From assembly GCA_019237135.1 (NCBI GenBank), contig JAFAHQ010000367.1:1-49590 (forward strand): a DNA stretch of 49,590 nucleotides, given 5' to 3'. Position numbers and translations under genes: made by a program. This document shows positions 39,210 through 49,590 of the stretch, piece by piece; position 1 is the first letter of the stretch; each line of letters opens with the position of its first letter. Origin of the DNA: Alphaproteobacteria bacterium. GTDB taxonomy: Bacteria > Pseudomonadota > Alphaproteobacteria > ATCC43930 > CGMCC-115725. The notes beneath the pieces were generated by a model. It saw only the letters and a list, made by a program, of their open reading frames with translations, was not told the origin of the DNA and did no database searches.

Positions 39210-39820
39210 TCGACGAGAACCTTTCGCCGCTGCTCGCCCGTCATCTCCGCACGGCGCATGGTGTGGATGCGCTGCACGTCCAGGAGCTCGGCCTGCGTGG
39301 CGCCTCGGACGCGGATATCCTCGCCCGCGCGATCGCCGACGACCGGATCATTGTGACCAGCAATGCCGAAGATTTCCGTAGGCTCGGCGCGCGGACGCCG
39401 GCGCATCCGGGACTGGCGGTCATGCTCGACGCGGTCGGCCGGGCTCAGAAGCTGACCCTCGGGGTCGAACTCGCGAACGCCATTGACAGCGCCGGAACGG
39501 CGCATGGCCGCCTGTTCGAGATCGACCGCACGGGCCGCCCACCGCCTGGCGCCAGCATGCGACTAGGCCTTTTCCAGCTTCGAATGATGATCGATTTCGA
39601 TGATCTTCGGCGCCTCGACTGGTCAGCGCACGAGATAGCTCCCCGGAGTGAGAATCTCGATGCCGCGGAAGGGATGAAGGGCGAGAAGGTCGGCGTCGCC
39701 GGTGATGATCAATTGCGCCGTGCCGTTGACGGCAAGCTCAAGAAACTTGTCGTCCTTTGGATCACGGCAGACTTGTATGACGCGTGTGATCGGGATTCTG
39801 TCGGCAATGCGGTTGAATAG
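39191..39820 (+). CDS. DUF5615-family (PIN/Mut7-C-like) protein with a ~90-aa non-homologous C-terminal read-through
   Basis: From GTG 39191: APRFLIDENLSPLLARHLRTAHGVDALHVQELGLRGASDADILARAIADDRIIVTSNAEDF...HPGLAVM matches the family. After ...GRLFEIDRTG the ORF runs antisense into the PIN gene (39623-39820). Confidence 0.5.
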   Translation: MAPRFLIDENLSPLLARHLRTAHGVDALHVQELGLRGASDADILARAIADDRIIVTSNAEDFRRLGARTPAHPGLAVMLDAVGRAQKLTLGVELANAIDSAGTAHGRLFEIDRTGRPPPGASMRLGLFQLRMMIDFDDLRRLDWSAHEIAPRSENLDAAEGMKGEKVGVAGDDQLRRAVDGKLKKLVVLWITADLYDACDRDSVGNAVE

Positions 39821-40039
39821 ACGCAAGAACTCCTGGCGTTCCCGGATTGTGACATAGGGGTCGAACTTCGGACGGCCGAGAACGTCGGCCAGCTCCATAA
39901 TGGTGGAGTCGGAGGCGAGGAGCTGGCCGTCGGCAACAGCCTTGCGAACAGCCTGCCCCGGGATCGACCGCGGGAGAAGCAACCTGCTGACGAGCGCGTT
40001 TGTATCGACGACAACGCGCGCCCTAGCTCTCGTCGACAA
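39623..40039 (-). CDS. PIN-domain toxin (TIGR00305-type putative toxin-antitoxin system toxin)
   Basis: The motifs VVVDTNALVSRLL, CRDPKDDKFLELAV and LIITGDADLL are present. 17-nt overlap with the upstream antitoxin. Confidence 0.85.
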   Translation of the reverse strand: MSTRARARVVVDTNALVSRLLLPRSIPGQAVRKAVADGQLLASDSTIMELADVLGRPKFDPYVTIRERQEFLRLFNRIADRIPITRVIQVCRDPKDDKFLELAVNGTAQLIITGDADLLALHPFRGIEILTPGSYLVR

Positions 40040-40274
40040 GGATTTCGGCCAGCTTTTCCTCGGTCATCCCTCGCGCGGCCGCACGCTCGCCGATGCGGTC
40101 ACAGAAGCGCTGAAACTCGTCTGTGTTGAGCGCGCGTAGCCGATCGTATTCCTGCGGCGAGAGGAGTACGGCAGCGTCCCGGTTCTGTCGGCGGATCATG
40201 ACTGGCTCGCGCTGCGCGGCATCGAGAAGCGCGGCGAGGCGCTGCTTGGCTTCGGTGGCAGATACAGAGCGCAT
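40023..40274 (-). CDS. Phd/YefM-family type II antitoxin
   Basis: MRSVSATEAKQRLAALLDAAQREPVMIRRQNRDAAVLLSPQEYDRL matches the family. Confidence 0.85.
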   Translation of the reverse strand: MRSVSATEAKQRLAALLDAAQREPVMIRRQNRDAAVLLSPQEYDRLRALNTDEFQRFCDRIGERAAARGMTEEKLAEILVDES

Positions 40275-40807
40275 GACAATCCTTCTTTGTCTAATCTAGA
40301 TAAACTAGACAATTTAGCAAGTATGGCCGATCTTGACGCGGCGGCATGATGAGCCGGCGGATCTTGCCGGCGCGCACTGCCATCTCCCCGGACGGCCGGC
40401 CCTTGCGGGCCCTTCCGGGGATCGCCGATAATCTCGATGTGCCAGTTCATCAGCTGCGAAGGCAGCGCACACAACCGCCCGAGCCCGCCCGGTTTACCGC
40501 GGCGGACGAGGAGGTCATGGCGATTCAAGGTGTCGATCAGCATCTTGGTGGCGCGCAGATCCGCCCCGGTCGATTTGTTGACCAGCCGAGTGGCGACCGC
40601 CTCGCGCTTGGTGATCTCGCGCCGCTCGCCGTCGATGGTCACGACCACCTTCTCGTTGAGCGCCTCGACCAGCAATGCCGGTAGGTTCTTCGGGCGCGGG
40701 CCGCGCGGGTTGCCAGACGGGCCTTTCTTGAATCGGGTATGCACCGGCGGCTTGTCGCGGCCGACCTCGTAATCGTGCTTGTTCTCGGACATCTTGTTCC
40801 CGGACAT
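40196..40807 (-). CDS. DUF5681-family protein (N-terminal ~95 aa homologous; C-terminal tail probably not genuine)
   Basis: DYEVGRDKPPVHTRFKKGPSGNPRGPRPKNLPALLVEALNEKVVVTIDGERREITKREAVATRLVNKSTGADLRATKMLID matches the family. The S/P/R/A-rich tail reads across the phd promoter and start codon. Confidence 0.5.
   Translation of the reverse strand: MSGNKMSENKHDYEVGRDKPPVHTRFKKGPSGNPRGPRPKNLPALLVEALNEKVVVTIDGERREITKREAVATRLVNKSTGADLRATKMLIDTLNRHDLLVRRGKPGGLGRLCALPSQLMNWHIEIIGDPRKGPQGPAVRGDGSARRQDPPAHHAAASRSAILAKLSSLSRLDKEGLSCALYLPPKPSSASPRFSMPRSASQS
40287..40320 (-). promoter_or_regulatory. Candidate sigma-70 promoter and palindromic operator of the phd-PIN operon
   Basis: Minus strand reads TTGCTA (40320-15), 16 nt, TAGATT (40298-93), then AGGA and ATG. 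The inverted repeat ttgtcta (40287-93) / tagacaa (40306-12) encloses the palindrome tctaga. Confidence 0.45.
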
Positions 40808-41089
40808 GGGGGGCTCCCGCCATCCTGTTCACCCAGCGCGGCGTGGGCGACCCCGCCGCCCGCTTGCCATCGCGAAGTTCCACACCATATAAGAACCGCG
40901 CAATTGTTAATTAGTGAATTAGTATGTTAGCAATGACCGGGTGATACCAGACGGCGATCCGAGGATTTTTAGGCTTCCCTGCCGGTTCCCTGCCAAGCCT
41001 TCGATTTTTGCCGAGCGCCGTGCCCAAGTCTATGATGACACGCGGTTTTTCGGCGTATGGGGAGCTACGGAAAAATTTTTACCCGAGTT

Positions 41090-41108
41090 TTCCCTGTGCG
41101 GCAGGGAA
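41090..41108 (-). terminator. Hairpin just downstream of the dehydrogenase stop
   Basis: ttccctg (41090-96), tgcgg, cagggaa (41102-08). On the minus strand a T-run (aaaaattttt region) follows about 12 nt later. Confidence 0.35.
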
Positions 41109-41114
41109 CGGAGG

Positions 41115-42413
41115 TCATGGTCCGCGATATGATACCCGCCAAATCGTTCCGTTGCCGTCCTCGCTGACCAGCAGCGCACCGTCATGTGCGACGGCGACAC
41201 CGACCGGTCGGCCCCAGACTCGGCTGTCGTTGACCACGAAGCCGGTCAGAAAATCCTCGTATTCACCGGTGGGCCGCCCGTCCTTCAGTAAGATACGCAC
41301 CACTTTGTAACCGGTCCGCTTCGCCCGGTTCCACGAGCCGTGGAGAGCGGTGAACGCATCGCCGCGATATTCGGCGGGAAATTGCGCGCCGTCATAAAAC
41401 GCTATTCCGAGTGGCGCCGAATGCGGCTGCAGCAGCACATCGGGCTCGGTCACGCGACCACGCAGATCGGGCCGTTCGCTCGAATGACGCGGGTCTTCGT
41501 TCCCGCCGATATAGAACCACGGCCAACCGTAAAAGGCGCCTTCATGAACGCGAGTCACGTAATCGGGCGGGAGGTCGTCGCCGAGACCATCCCGCTCGTT
41601 GGTCGAGCACCACAGCTCGCCAGTCGCGGGCTGCACCGCCATCCCGACGCAGTTGCGGAGGCCGGCCGCAAAAATCCGCTCCTCTTTGCCTTCCGGGGTA
41701 AAGACGAGCACATCGGCGCGCTCCTCCTCCGAATCCCATAGCGCGCCAATTGAACGCTCCGCATCGTTGCTGCGCGAGCCGATCGAGACGAACATGCGAG
41801 CCCCGTCTTCCGAGAAGACGACGTCACGTGTCCAATGGCCGCCCCGCGGCAATCCCGCGACGATAGTCTCCGGGGGACCGGCGGGCTGCAGATCGCCCCT
41901 CCGAAAAGGAAAGCGGACTACCGCGTCCGTTTTCGCGATATAGACATATCGCGGGTTTGCCCCGGGCGGCCAGAAAGCGATGCCGAAGGGCCGGTCGAGA
42001 CCGTCGGCGAAGGTGCGGACCTCGGGTGCTCCTGTGACGTCCGTGGCGCGCAACACTCGGATCCGGCCCGCCCGGCTTTCCGCGACGAAAATGTCGCCAC
42101 TCGGCGAGACCCGAACTAGGCGAGGGTTATCGAGGCCGCTGGCGAACAGGTCGACGGCAAAACCTGGCGGCGCCTTTGGCCATGCGCCGCCGGGACGAGC
42201 CACGATGCCGGGATGGCGATTGGCGCTCGGCGTCGCGTAAGGGAGCGGCATGTCTGCTGGGGCGATTTTGCGCCGGACCCCGGGGGTGTCGTTGCGCCAG
42301 TCGCCATACGCTGCGGTGCCGGTCAGGACGGGAGAGGATTGCTCCAAAGCGGCGGCGGCGGTTGAGAGCAAGCCCGCCATCACAACGCCTATCGGTTTTG
42401 ATAATATCGCCAT
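41115..42413 (-). CDS. PQQ-dependent sugar (glucose/sorbosone) dehydrogenase-family periplasmic protein
   Basis: ORF 41115..42461. Preferred ATG is at 42413 (MAILSKPIGVVMAGLLSTAAAA). The motifs GFAVDLFASGLDNPRLVRVSPSGDIFVAE, NERDGLGDDLPPDY and LLVSEDGNGTIWRV are present. Confidence 0.85.
   Translation of the reverse strand: MAILSKPIGVVMAGLLSTAAAALEQSSPVLTGTAAYGDWRNDTPGVRRKIAPADMPLPYATPSANRHPGIVARPGGAWPKAPPGFAVDLFASGLDNPRLVRVSPSGDIFVAESRAGRIRVLRATDVTGAPEVRTFADGLDRPFGIAFWPPGANPRYVYIAKTDAVVRFPFRRGDLQPAGPPETIVAGLPRGGHWTRDVVFSEDGARMFVSIGSRSNDAERSIGALWDSEEERADVLVFTPEGKEERIFAAGLRNCVGMAVQPATGELWCSTNERDGLGDDLPPDYVTRVHEGAFYGWPWFYIGGNEDPRHSSERPDLRGRVTEPDVLLQPHSAPLGIAFYDGAQFPAEYRGDAFTALHGSWNRAKRTGYKVVRILLKDGRPTGEYEDFLTGFVVNDSRVWGRPVGVAVAHDGALLVSEDGNGTIWRVSYRGP
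41126..41150. repeat. Right 25-bp direct repeat (att-like), inside the dehydrogenase 3' end
   Basis: See 38895..38919. Confidence 0.85.
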
Positions 42414-42475
42414 CGAGCGTTCCTGAAGAGCGGCGAACCCGATGATCATGCCGCGCAACACCTAAAGGATCTCGA

Positions 42476-44158
42476 ATGCCGGCCTACCAGTACGTCTATG
42501 TGATGAAGGGGCTGGGCAAGAGCTATCCCGGCGGGCGCGAAGTGCTGAAGGATATCTGGCTGTCCTTTTTGCCGGGCGCCAAGATCGGGGTTCTGGGCCC
42601 GAACGGGGCGGGCAAGTCGACCTTGCTGCGCATTATGGCGGGCGAAGAGCAGGACTTCTCCGGCGAAGCCTGGGCGGCCGAGGGGGCGCGGGTCGGCTAT
42701 CTGCCGCAAGAGCCTGGGCTCGATGCGGCGAAAGACGTCTTTGGCAATGTCATCGAGGGCTTGGCCGAGACCAAGGCATTGCTCGACCGGTTCGAGGCGG
42801 TGAGCGCGCGTTTTGCAGAAGATCTCTCGCCGGCCGAGATGGATGCGCTGATCGCCGAGCAGGGCGAGCTGCAGGAGAAGATCGACCAAGCCGGGGCTTG
42901 GGAGCTCGACCGCACCATCGAGATCGCGATGGACGCTCTACGCTGCCCCCCGGGGGACGCGGCGGTGGCTACGCTCTCCGGCGGCGAGCGTCGCCGGGTG
43001 GCGCTGTGCCGCCTGCTGCTGCAACGGCCGGACCTGCTGCTGCTCGACGAGCCGACGAACCATCTCGACGCGGAGTCGGTCGGCTGGCTGCAGCGCTTTC
43101 TCGAAGATTATCCGGGCACCGTGGTGACCGTCACCCATGACCGGTATTTTCTCGACGAGGTGGCCGGGTGGATTCTCGAGCTCGACCGCGGTCGGGGTAT
43201 CCCGTTCGAGGGCAATTACTCAGGCTGGCTCGAGCAAAAGCAGCAGCGGCTCGAACAGGAGGGCCGGCAGGAAGCGGCTCGCCGGCGAACCCTCGAACGC
43301 GAGCTCGAATGGGTGCGGCAGAGCCCGCGGGCTCGGCAAGCGAAGAGCAAGGCGCGGCTTTCCGCCTATGAAGCGCTGGTGGCACAAAGCCGGGAAAAGG
43401 CGCCCGAGACGGCGCAAATCGTTCTGCCCTCGGGACCGCGGCTCGGTGATCTGGTGATCACAGCCGAAGGGGTCGGCAAAGGCTTTGGCGACCGACTGTT
43501 GATCGAACAGCTTGATTTCCGCCTGCCGCCTGGAGGGATCATCGGGGTGATCGGTCCAAACGGCGCGGGCAAAACGACGCTCTTTCGCCTGGTCACCGGT
43601 CGGGAGGTGCCCGACAGCGGCCGGTTCCGGATCGGCGAGACCGTCAAGCTCGGTTATGTCGATCAGTCCCGCGATGCTCTGGTTGCGACCAACACGGTGT
43701 GGGAGGAGATCTCGGGTAGACAGGACGAGATCGATCTCGGGCGCCGCAAGATGGCGAGCCGTGCTTATTGTGCGCTGTTCAACTTCCGCGGCGCCGACCA
43801 GCAGAAACAGGTGGGTCAGCTGTCGGGCGGTGAACGCAACCGCGTGCATCTGGCCAAGATGCTCAAGGCAGGCGCCAATGTGCTGCTGCTCGATGAGCCG
43901 ACTAATGACCTCGATGTCGATACATTGCGCGCACTCGAGGAGGCGCTGCTCGACTTCCCCGGCTGCGCGGTAATCATCACCCACGACCGGTGGTTTCTCG
44001 ACCGCGTTGCCACTCACATCCTCGCTTTCGAGGGCGATAGCCAAATCACCTGGTTCGAAGGCAACTACGCCGATTACGAGGCAGACCGCCGCCGGCGCCT
44101 CGGCGCCGAGGCGGATCAGCCACATCGCATTCGCTACAAGCCGTTAGTGCGTGCCTGA
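42476..44158 (+). CDS. ettA: Energy-dependent translational throttle ABC-F protein EttA
   Basis: [51 protein letters not shown], two ABC cassettes, and the [16 protein letters not shown] and [15 protein letters not shown] signatures. Confidence 0.93.
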   Translation: MPAYQYVYVMKGLGKSYPGGREVLKDIWLSFLPGAKIGVLGPNGAGKSTLLRIMAGEEQDFSGEAWAAEGARVGYLPQEPGLDAAKDVFGNVIEGLAETKALLDRFEAVSARFAEDLSPAEMDALIAEQGELQEKIDQAGAWELDRTIEIAMDALRCPPGDAAVATLSGGERRRVALCRLLLQRPDLLLLDEPTNHLDAESVGWLQRFLEDYPGTVVTVTHDRYFLDEVAGWILELDRGRGIPFEGNYSGWLEQKQQRLEQEGRQEAARRRTLERELEWVRQSPRARQAKSKARLSAYEALVAQSREKAPETAQIVLPSGPRLGDLVITAEGVGKGFGDRLLIEQLDFRLPPGGIIGVIGPNGAGKTTLFRLVTGREVPDSGRFRIGETVKLGYVDQSRDALVATNTVWEEISGRQDEIDLGRRKMASRAYCALFNFRGADQQKQVGQLSGGERNRVHLAKMLKAGANVLLLDEPTNDLDVDTLRALEEALLDFPGCAVIITHDRWFLDRVATHILAFEGDSQITWFEGNYADYEADRRRRLGAEADQPHRIRYKPLVRA

Positions 44159-44203
44159 GCCCGCCGCCGGGGCCTACCCCAATGCCACCTATCCAGCCGG
44201 TTT

Positions 44204-44812
44204 TTACCGGCCAGAGGCACTTCCGGTCTTCTCGCGCAACATGGCAATGAGGCCCTGGACCTGCCCGCCATTGCGCTGGATCACGGACGCGAATTCGGAG
44301 CGTTGCGTCACCGCCATGCTGATGCCGTCGACGGCGACATCTCTGATCTTGTAGGTGCCGTGTTGGTCGGCCAGATGCCATTCGACCTTGACCGGCGGGG
44401 CACCGGACGGGCGGATGATTTCGCTCGCGACGATTGCTCCTTCGGGATCTGCGCGGCTGCCGGTCACCTTGAGGGTCTCGCCGGTATAGGCGGACAGCTG
44501 GGAACTATAGACGATGGCGATATAGTCTTCGAACAGCCTGGTAAATTCGTCCTGCTGTTCGGGGGTCGCGGTCTTCCAATACCGCCCCAGAACAAAGCGG
44601 GCGATACCGGGCACGTCAAAATCCTCGCGGAACAACTCGTGAAATCGGGCCACGCGCTGCGCTGGGGTGGCGTTCTTGCCGAGCACTTCGAGCGCACGGT
44701 TGCCGAGATTGTTGATGACCGCGGCAGGATCCGCGGCAGCCGTAAGGATAGCGGGCCCGAGTGCTCCCACGAACAATACGAAAGCGGTCAGGACGATACG
44801 TCGCATCTTCAC
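44204..44812 (-). CDS. mlaC: MlaC/Ttg2D-family periplasmic phospholipid-binding protein
   Basis: Signal peptide plus FDVPGIARFVLGRYWKTATPEQQDEF..F..Y. 4-nt overlap with mlaA. Confidence 0.85.
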   Translation of the reverse strand: MKMRRIVLTAFVLFVGALGPAILTAAADPAAVINNLGNRALEVLGKNATPAQRVARFHELFREDFDVPGIARFVLGRYWKTATPEQQDEFTRLFEDYIAIVYSSQLSAYTGETLKVTGSRADPEGAIVASEIIRPSGAPPVKVEWHLADQHGTYKIRDVAVDGISMAVTQRSEFASVIQRNGGQVQGLIAMLREKTGSASGR

Positions 44813-45669
44813 CTAGCTACCTCTGAGATTGTTTGCGCTTCGGAGGCCATGGCGGCCTGCGGCGGCTTCACGGACGGAACCGGGCCGTCGTTTCGACTAA
44901 ACGAGGCGGGCGGCGGAAGATTCTGCTCTTTCTCGTGACGGATCAACGCCGCTCGTCTCTGCCGATAGAGCGAGCGGATTGTGGCGTAATAGTCAAGCGA
45001 AGTGCGTTCGATGTCTGCCAGGGTCTCGATGTAGCGCGAGCGCTGATCGATGCCGCTGACCCCGCCTCGCACAAATGGAATCCAATAGAGGGTGTATGGA
45101 TTGCCGGTGACGAGCCTGTTGAACGGATCGCCGAACCCCTCACCAACCTGACCGATCAGATCACGCGGATCGGACGGACCGAGGACCGGTACGACAAGGT
45201 AGGGACCCTCGGGGATGCCCCAAACGCCAAACGTCAGCCCGAGATCCTGTTCGTAATAGGGAAGCTGACCCCATCGTCCGGCGACGTCGATCAGGCCGCC
45301 CACGCCGAGGGTCGAGTTGAGGGTAAAGCGCGCAAACGTCTGTCCGGCGTGGTCGAAATCGCCTTGCAGCGCGTTGTTTGCGAAAATGATCGGCTCACGC
45401 AGATTGCGAAGAAAGTCGCGCAGCGAATCGCGCACCGCGTCAGGCAACACCGTGCGGTAGGCCTTGGCGACCGGCACCAGCACGTTGCGGTCGACAACCT
45501 GATTGAAGTCGAAGATCGCGCGGTTGGCATCTTCGAACGGGTCGTTGAAATCCTCTGCCTCGGTGGCCTCGGGCTGCGCGTTGTTCGGCGGTGTGGCGCA
45601 TCCCGAGAGGATAACGGTCGAGAGGAGAGCCAGGTTTGAGAAGACGAGGCATAGCGGGCGAAGGTTCAT
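44809..45669 (-). CDS. mlaA: MlaA/VacJ-family outer-membrane lipoprotein
   Basis: ORF 44809..45684. Preferred ATG is at 45669. Lipobox LSGC, DPFEDANRAIFDFNQVVDRNVLVPVAKAY, and TLGVGGLIDVA. Confidence 0.88.
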   Translation of the reverse strand: MNLRPLCLVFSNLALLSTVILSGCATPPNNAQPEATEAEDFNDPFEDANRAIFDFNQVVDRNVLVPVAKAYRTVLPDAVRDSLRDFLRNLREPIIFANNALQGDFDHAGQTFARFTLNSTLGVGGLIDVAGRWGQLPYYEQDLGLTFGVWGIPEGPYLVVPVLGPSDPRDLIGQVGEGFGDPFNRLVTGNPYTLYWIPFVRGGVSGIDQRSRYIETLADIERTSLDYYATIRSLYRQRRAALIRHEKEQNLPPPASFSRNDGPVPSVKPPQAAMASEAQTISEVAR

Positions 45670-45807
45670 CGATCGGTCTCGCATCAGGCTGTCGTCTTCG
45701 CGTCAGGCGAGATAATTGCGGGAATTTCACCGCAGCGGCAAGTGGCGCCTGATAGGGCCGGGTGTCACAGCCCTATTCCATCATACGCATCGCTGTGCAC
45801 AATCTCC

Positions 45808-45836
45808 TTGCCGATATAAAGATATGTGTATATCTT
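45808..45836 (+). promoter_or_regulatory. Candidate promoter with perfect 7-4-7 palindromic (ArsR-type) operator
   Basis: TTGCCG (45808-13), 17 nt, TATCTT (45831-36). The palindrome aagatat-gtgt-atatctt (45819-36) covers the spacer and -10, 32 nt upstream of the ATG at 45868. Confidence 0.4.
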
Positions 45837-45867
45837 GCTGCCGCTAATTTGGAAAAAGTCCGGTCTC

Positions 45868-47822
<1,955 letters not shown>

Positions 47823-47836
47823 TCACGCCCAGCCGA

Positions 47837-49590
47837 TGGCACATTTCCTCGATTATCTCGCCGATCGCGTCGTCCTCTGCGACGGGGCGATGGGCACCCG
47901 GGTCCAGGCGCGCAACCTCGATGTCGAGCGCGACTATCTGGGTCACGAGAACTGCACCGAGATTGTCTGCGAGAGCCGTCCGGACTTCGTCCGCGCGATT
48001 CACCGGGGCTATCTGGAAGCCGGCTGCGACGCAGTCCAGACCAACAGCTTTGGCGGCTCGCCGATCACCTTGGGCGAGTTCGGGCTCGCCGAGCGCGCCT
48101 TCGCGCTCAACCGACTTGCCGCCGAGCTGGCGCACGAGGCGGTCGCCGAGTTCGCCCATGACGGCCGCACCCGTTTTGTGCTCGGCTCGGTCGGGCCGGG
48201 CACCCGCCTGCCGTCGCTCGGCCACATCGCCTATCAGCCGCTCGAGGATGCGCTGACGATCCAATGCGCCGGGCTGATCGAGGGCGGGGTCGATGCGATC
48301 ATCATCGAAACCTGTCAGGATCCGCTGCAGATCAAGGCGGCGGTCAACGGCGCCAAACGAGCGCGTGAGGACGCCCGAAAAGACACTCCGATCCTCGTGC
48401 AGGTGACGATCGAGACCACCGGAACCTTGTTGGTCGGGGCCGACATCGCGGCGGCGGCGACGATTATCCACGCGCTCGATGTGCCGATGATCGGCCTCAA
48501 CTGCGCAACCGGACCGCGCGAGATGGCCGAGCACGTAAAGTGGCTCGGCGAGAATTGGCCCGGGCTGATCTCGGTTCAGCCGAATGCCGGGTTGCCCGAG
48601 CTCGTCGACGGCCATACCCATTACCCGCTTGGGCCCAAGGAGCTCGCGCAATGGCTCGAGCGCTTTGTGCTCGAAGACGGGGTCAACATGATCGGCGGCT
48701 GCTGCGGCACCGAGGCCGCGCATATCGCCGCTCTCGACGCGATGCTGCGGCGGATCGGCCGCGATCGTCTGCGGCCCCTGCCGCGTCGACGCAACCCGGT
48801 CTGGACACCTGCCGTCGCCTCGCTCTACGGCCAGGTCTTGCTGCGTCAGGAAAACGCGTACATCTCGATCGGCGAGCGCTGCAACGCCAACGGCTCGCGC
48901 CAATTCCGCAGGCTGCAGGAGCAGGGCGACTGGGACGGCTGCGTCGAGATGGGGCGCGAGCAGGTCAAGGAGGGCTCGCATACGCTCGACCTGTGCACCG
49001 CCTTTGTCGGGCGCGACGAGGTCGCCGACATGACCGAGGCAGTGACCCGGCTGCGCGGTGCGGTCAACGCACCGCTCGTCATCGACTCGACCGAGTATCC
49101 GGTGCTCGAAGCGGCGCTGAAGCTCTACGGCGGCAAGCCGATCATCAACTCGATCAATTTCGAGGATGGCGAGGCGGCGGCCGAAAAGCGTCTCCAGCTC
49201 GCGCGCCGCTTCGGCGCCGCTGTCATCGCGCTGACGATCGACGAGACCGGCATGGCGAAGGAGGTCGAACACAAGCTCGCCGTCGCCCGGCGGCTCCACG
49301 ACTTCGCCTGCGGCAAGCACGGCCTGCCGCCTTCGGACCTGCTGTTCGATCCGCTGACCTTCACGATCTGCACCGGCAACGAGGATGACCGCAGGCTCGG
49401 CCTCAACACCCTGGAGGCGATCGAGCGGATTTCGCGGGTGATGCCCGAATGCCAGATCATCCTCGGCCTGTCGAACATCTCGTTCGGGCTGAACCCGCCG
49501 GCGCGGCATGTGCTGAACTCGGTCTTTCTCGACCACGCGCTCACGCGCGGGCTGACCGGTGCCATCGTCCATTTCTCGCGGATCATGCCG
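47837..49590 (+). CDS. metH: Cobalamin-dependent methionine synthase (N-terminal Hcy- and pterin-binding domains; runs off the right edge)
   Basis: Manual translation from ATG 47837 gives MAHFLDYLADRVVLCDGAMGTRVQ...AVQTNSFGG and, later, GERCNANGSRQFRRL. It is absent from the ORF track because it is open-ended. The 662-aa minus ORF 47584..49572 is its antisense shadow. Confidence 0.93.

Larger units (their letters stand above)
38895..41150. mobile_element. Putative integrase-less integrated islet (~2.2 kb) carrying toxin-antitoxin genes, bounded by 25-bp direct repeats
   Basis: Direct repeats at both ends. The right repeat lies inside the 3' end of the dehydrogenase gene and the left repeat is followed by an orphan copy of that gene's terminus. 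Cargo is typical mobilome (DUF433/DUF5615, Phd/PIN, DUF5681). An AT-rich segment lies at 40880-41100. Confidence 0.5.

Noticed and set aside
44165-44180. cgccggggcctacccc resembles the tRNA 3' end (gccgggcctacca); considered as the far boundary of a 10.5-kb tRNA-linked island
   Set aside because: Only a 9-mer is exact, which is plausibly chance in 50 kb of GC-rich DNA. There is an indel, the interval contains the core gene ettA, and no integrase is present.

Overview
GC-rich chromosomal window that looks alphaproteobacterial (Rhizobiales-like) from gene content and composition. All protein identifications come from reading the translations and recalling family signatures; no search was run. 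The housekeeping backbone is: carA-carB-greA (minus strand); yqeY-dnaG-rpoD followed 23 nt later by a CAT-anticodon tRNA (plus strand); trxB plus a LysR regulator; ettA; mlaA-mlaC; and an ArsR/methyltransferase fusion followed by metF and metH (metH runs off the right edge). Several accessory modules sit in this backbone. (1) Bases 1-7587 hold a co-directional cluster: ECF sigma, a soluble cupin-type anti-sigma, a TPR protein, DUF4331, HupE/UreJ and a TonB-dependent receptor. I consider this the best candidate for an uncharacterised system, namely an envelope-spanning metal-acquisition pathway with a cytoplasmic sensor. (2) A second, paralogous ECF sigma with an RskA-like membrane anti-sigma and a fasciclin protein, plus a duplicated ~215-245 bp segment upstream of both sigma genes that carries a decayed isochorismatase 3' fragment. 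(3) A translationally coupled operon of glutamine-synthetase-like, N-formylglutamate-amidohydrolase-like and isochorismatase-like genes. (4) A 646-aa orphan protein with internal repeats, next to a tandem-PAP2 phosphatase and a truncated ELM1-family pseudogene. (5) A TetR-MFP-RND efflux operon whose stop codon directly abuts the tRNA 3' end. (6) A ~2.2 kb integrase-less islet bounded by 24/25-identical direct repeats and inserted in the 3' end of a PQQ-type sugar dehydrogenase gene. It carries an intact Phd/PIN toxin-antitoxin pair, a decaying DUF433/DUF5615 pair and a DUF5681 gene. I saw no rRNA, CRISPR array, transposase or integrase. Many long ORFs in the supplied track are antisense shadows typical of high-GC DNA. 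The two genes that are open at the window edges (the TonB receptor and metH) are missing from the track and were found by manual translation.
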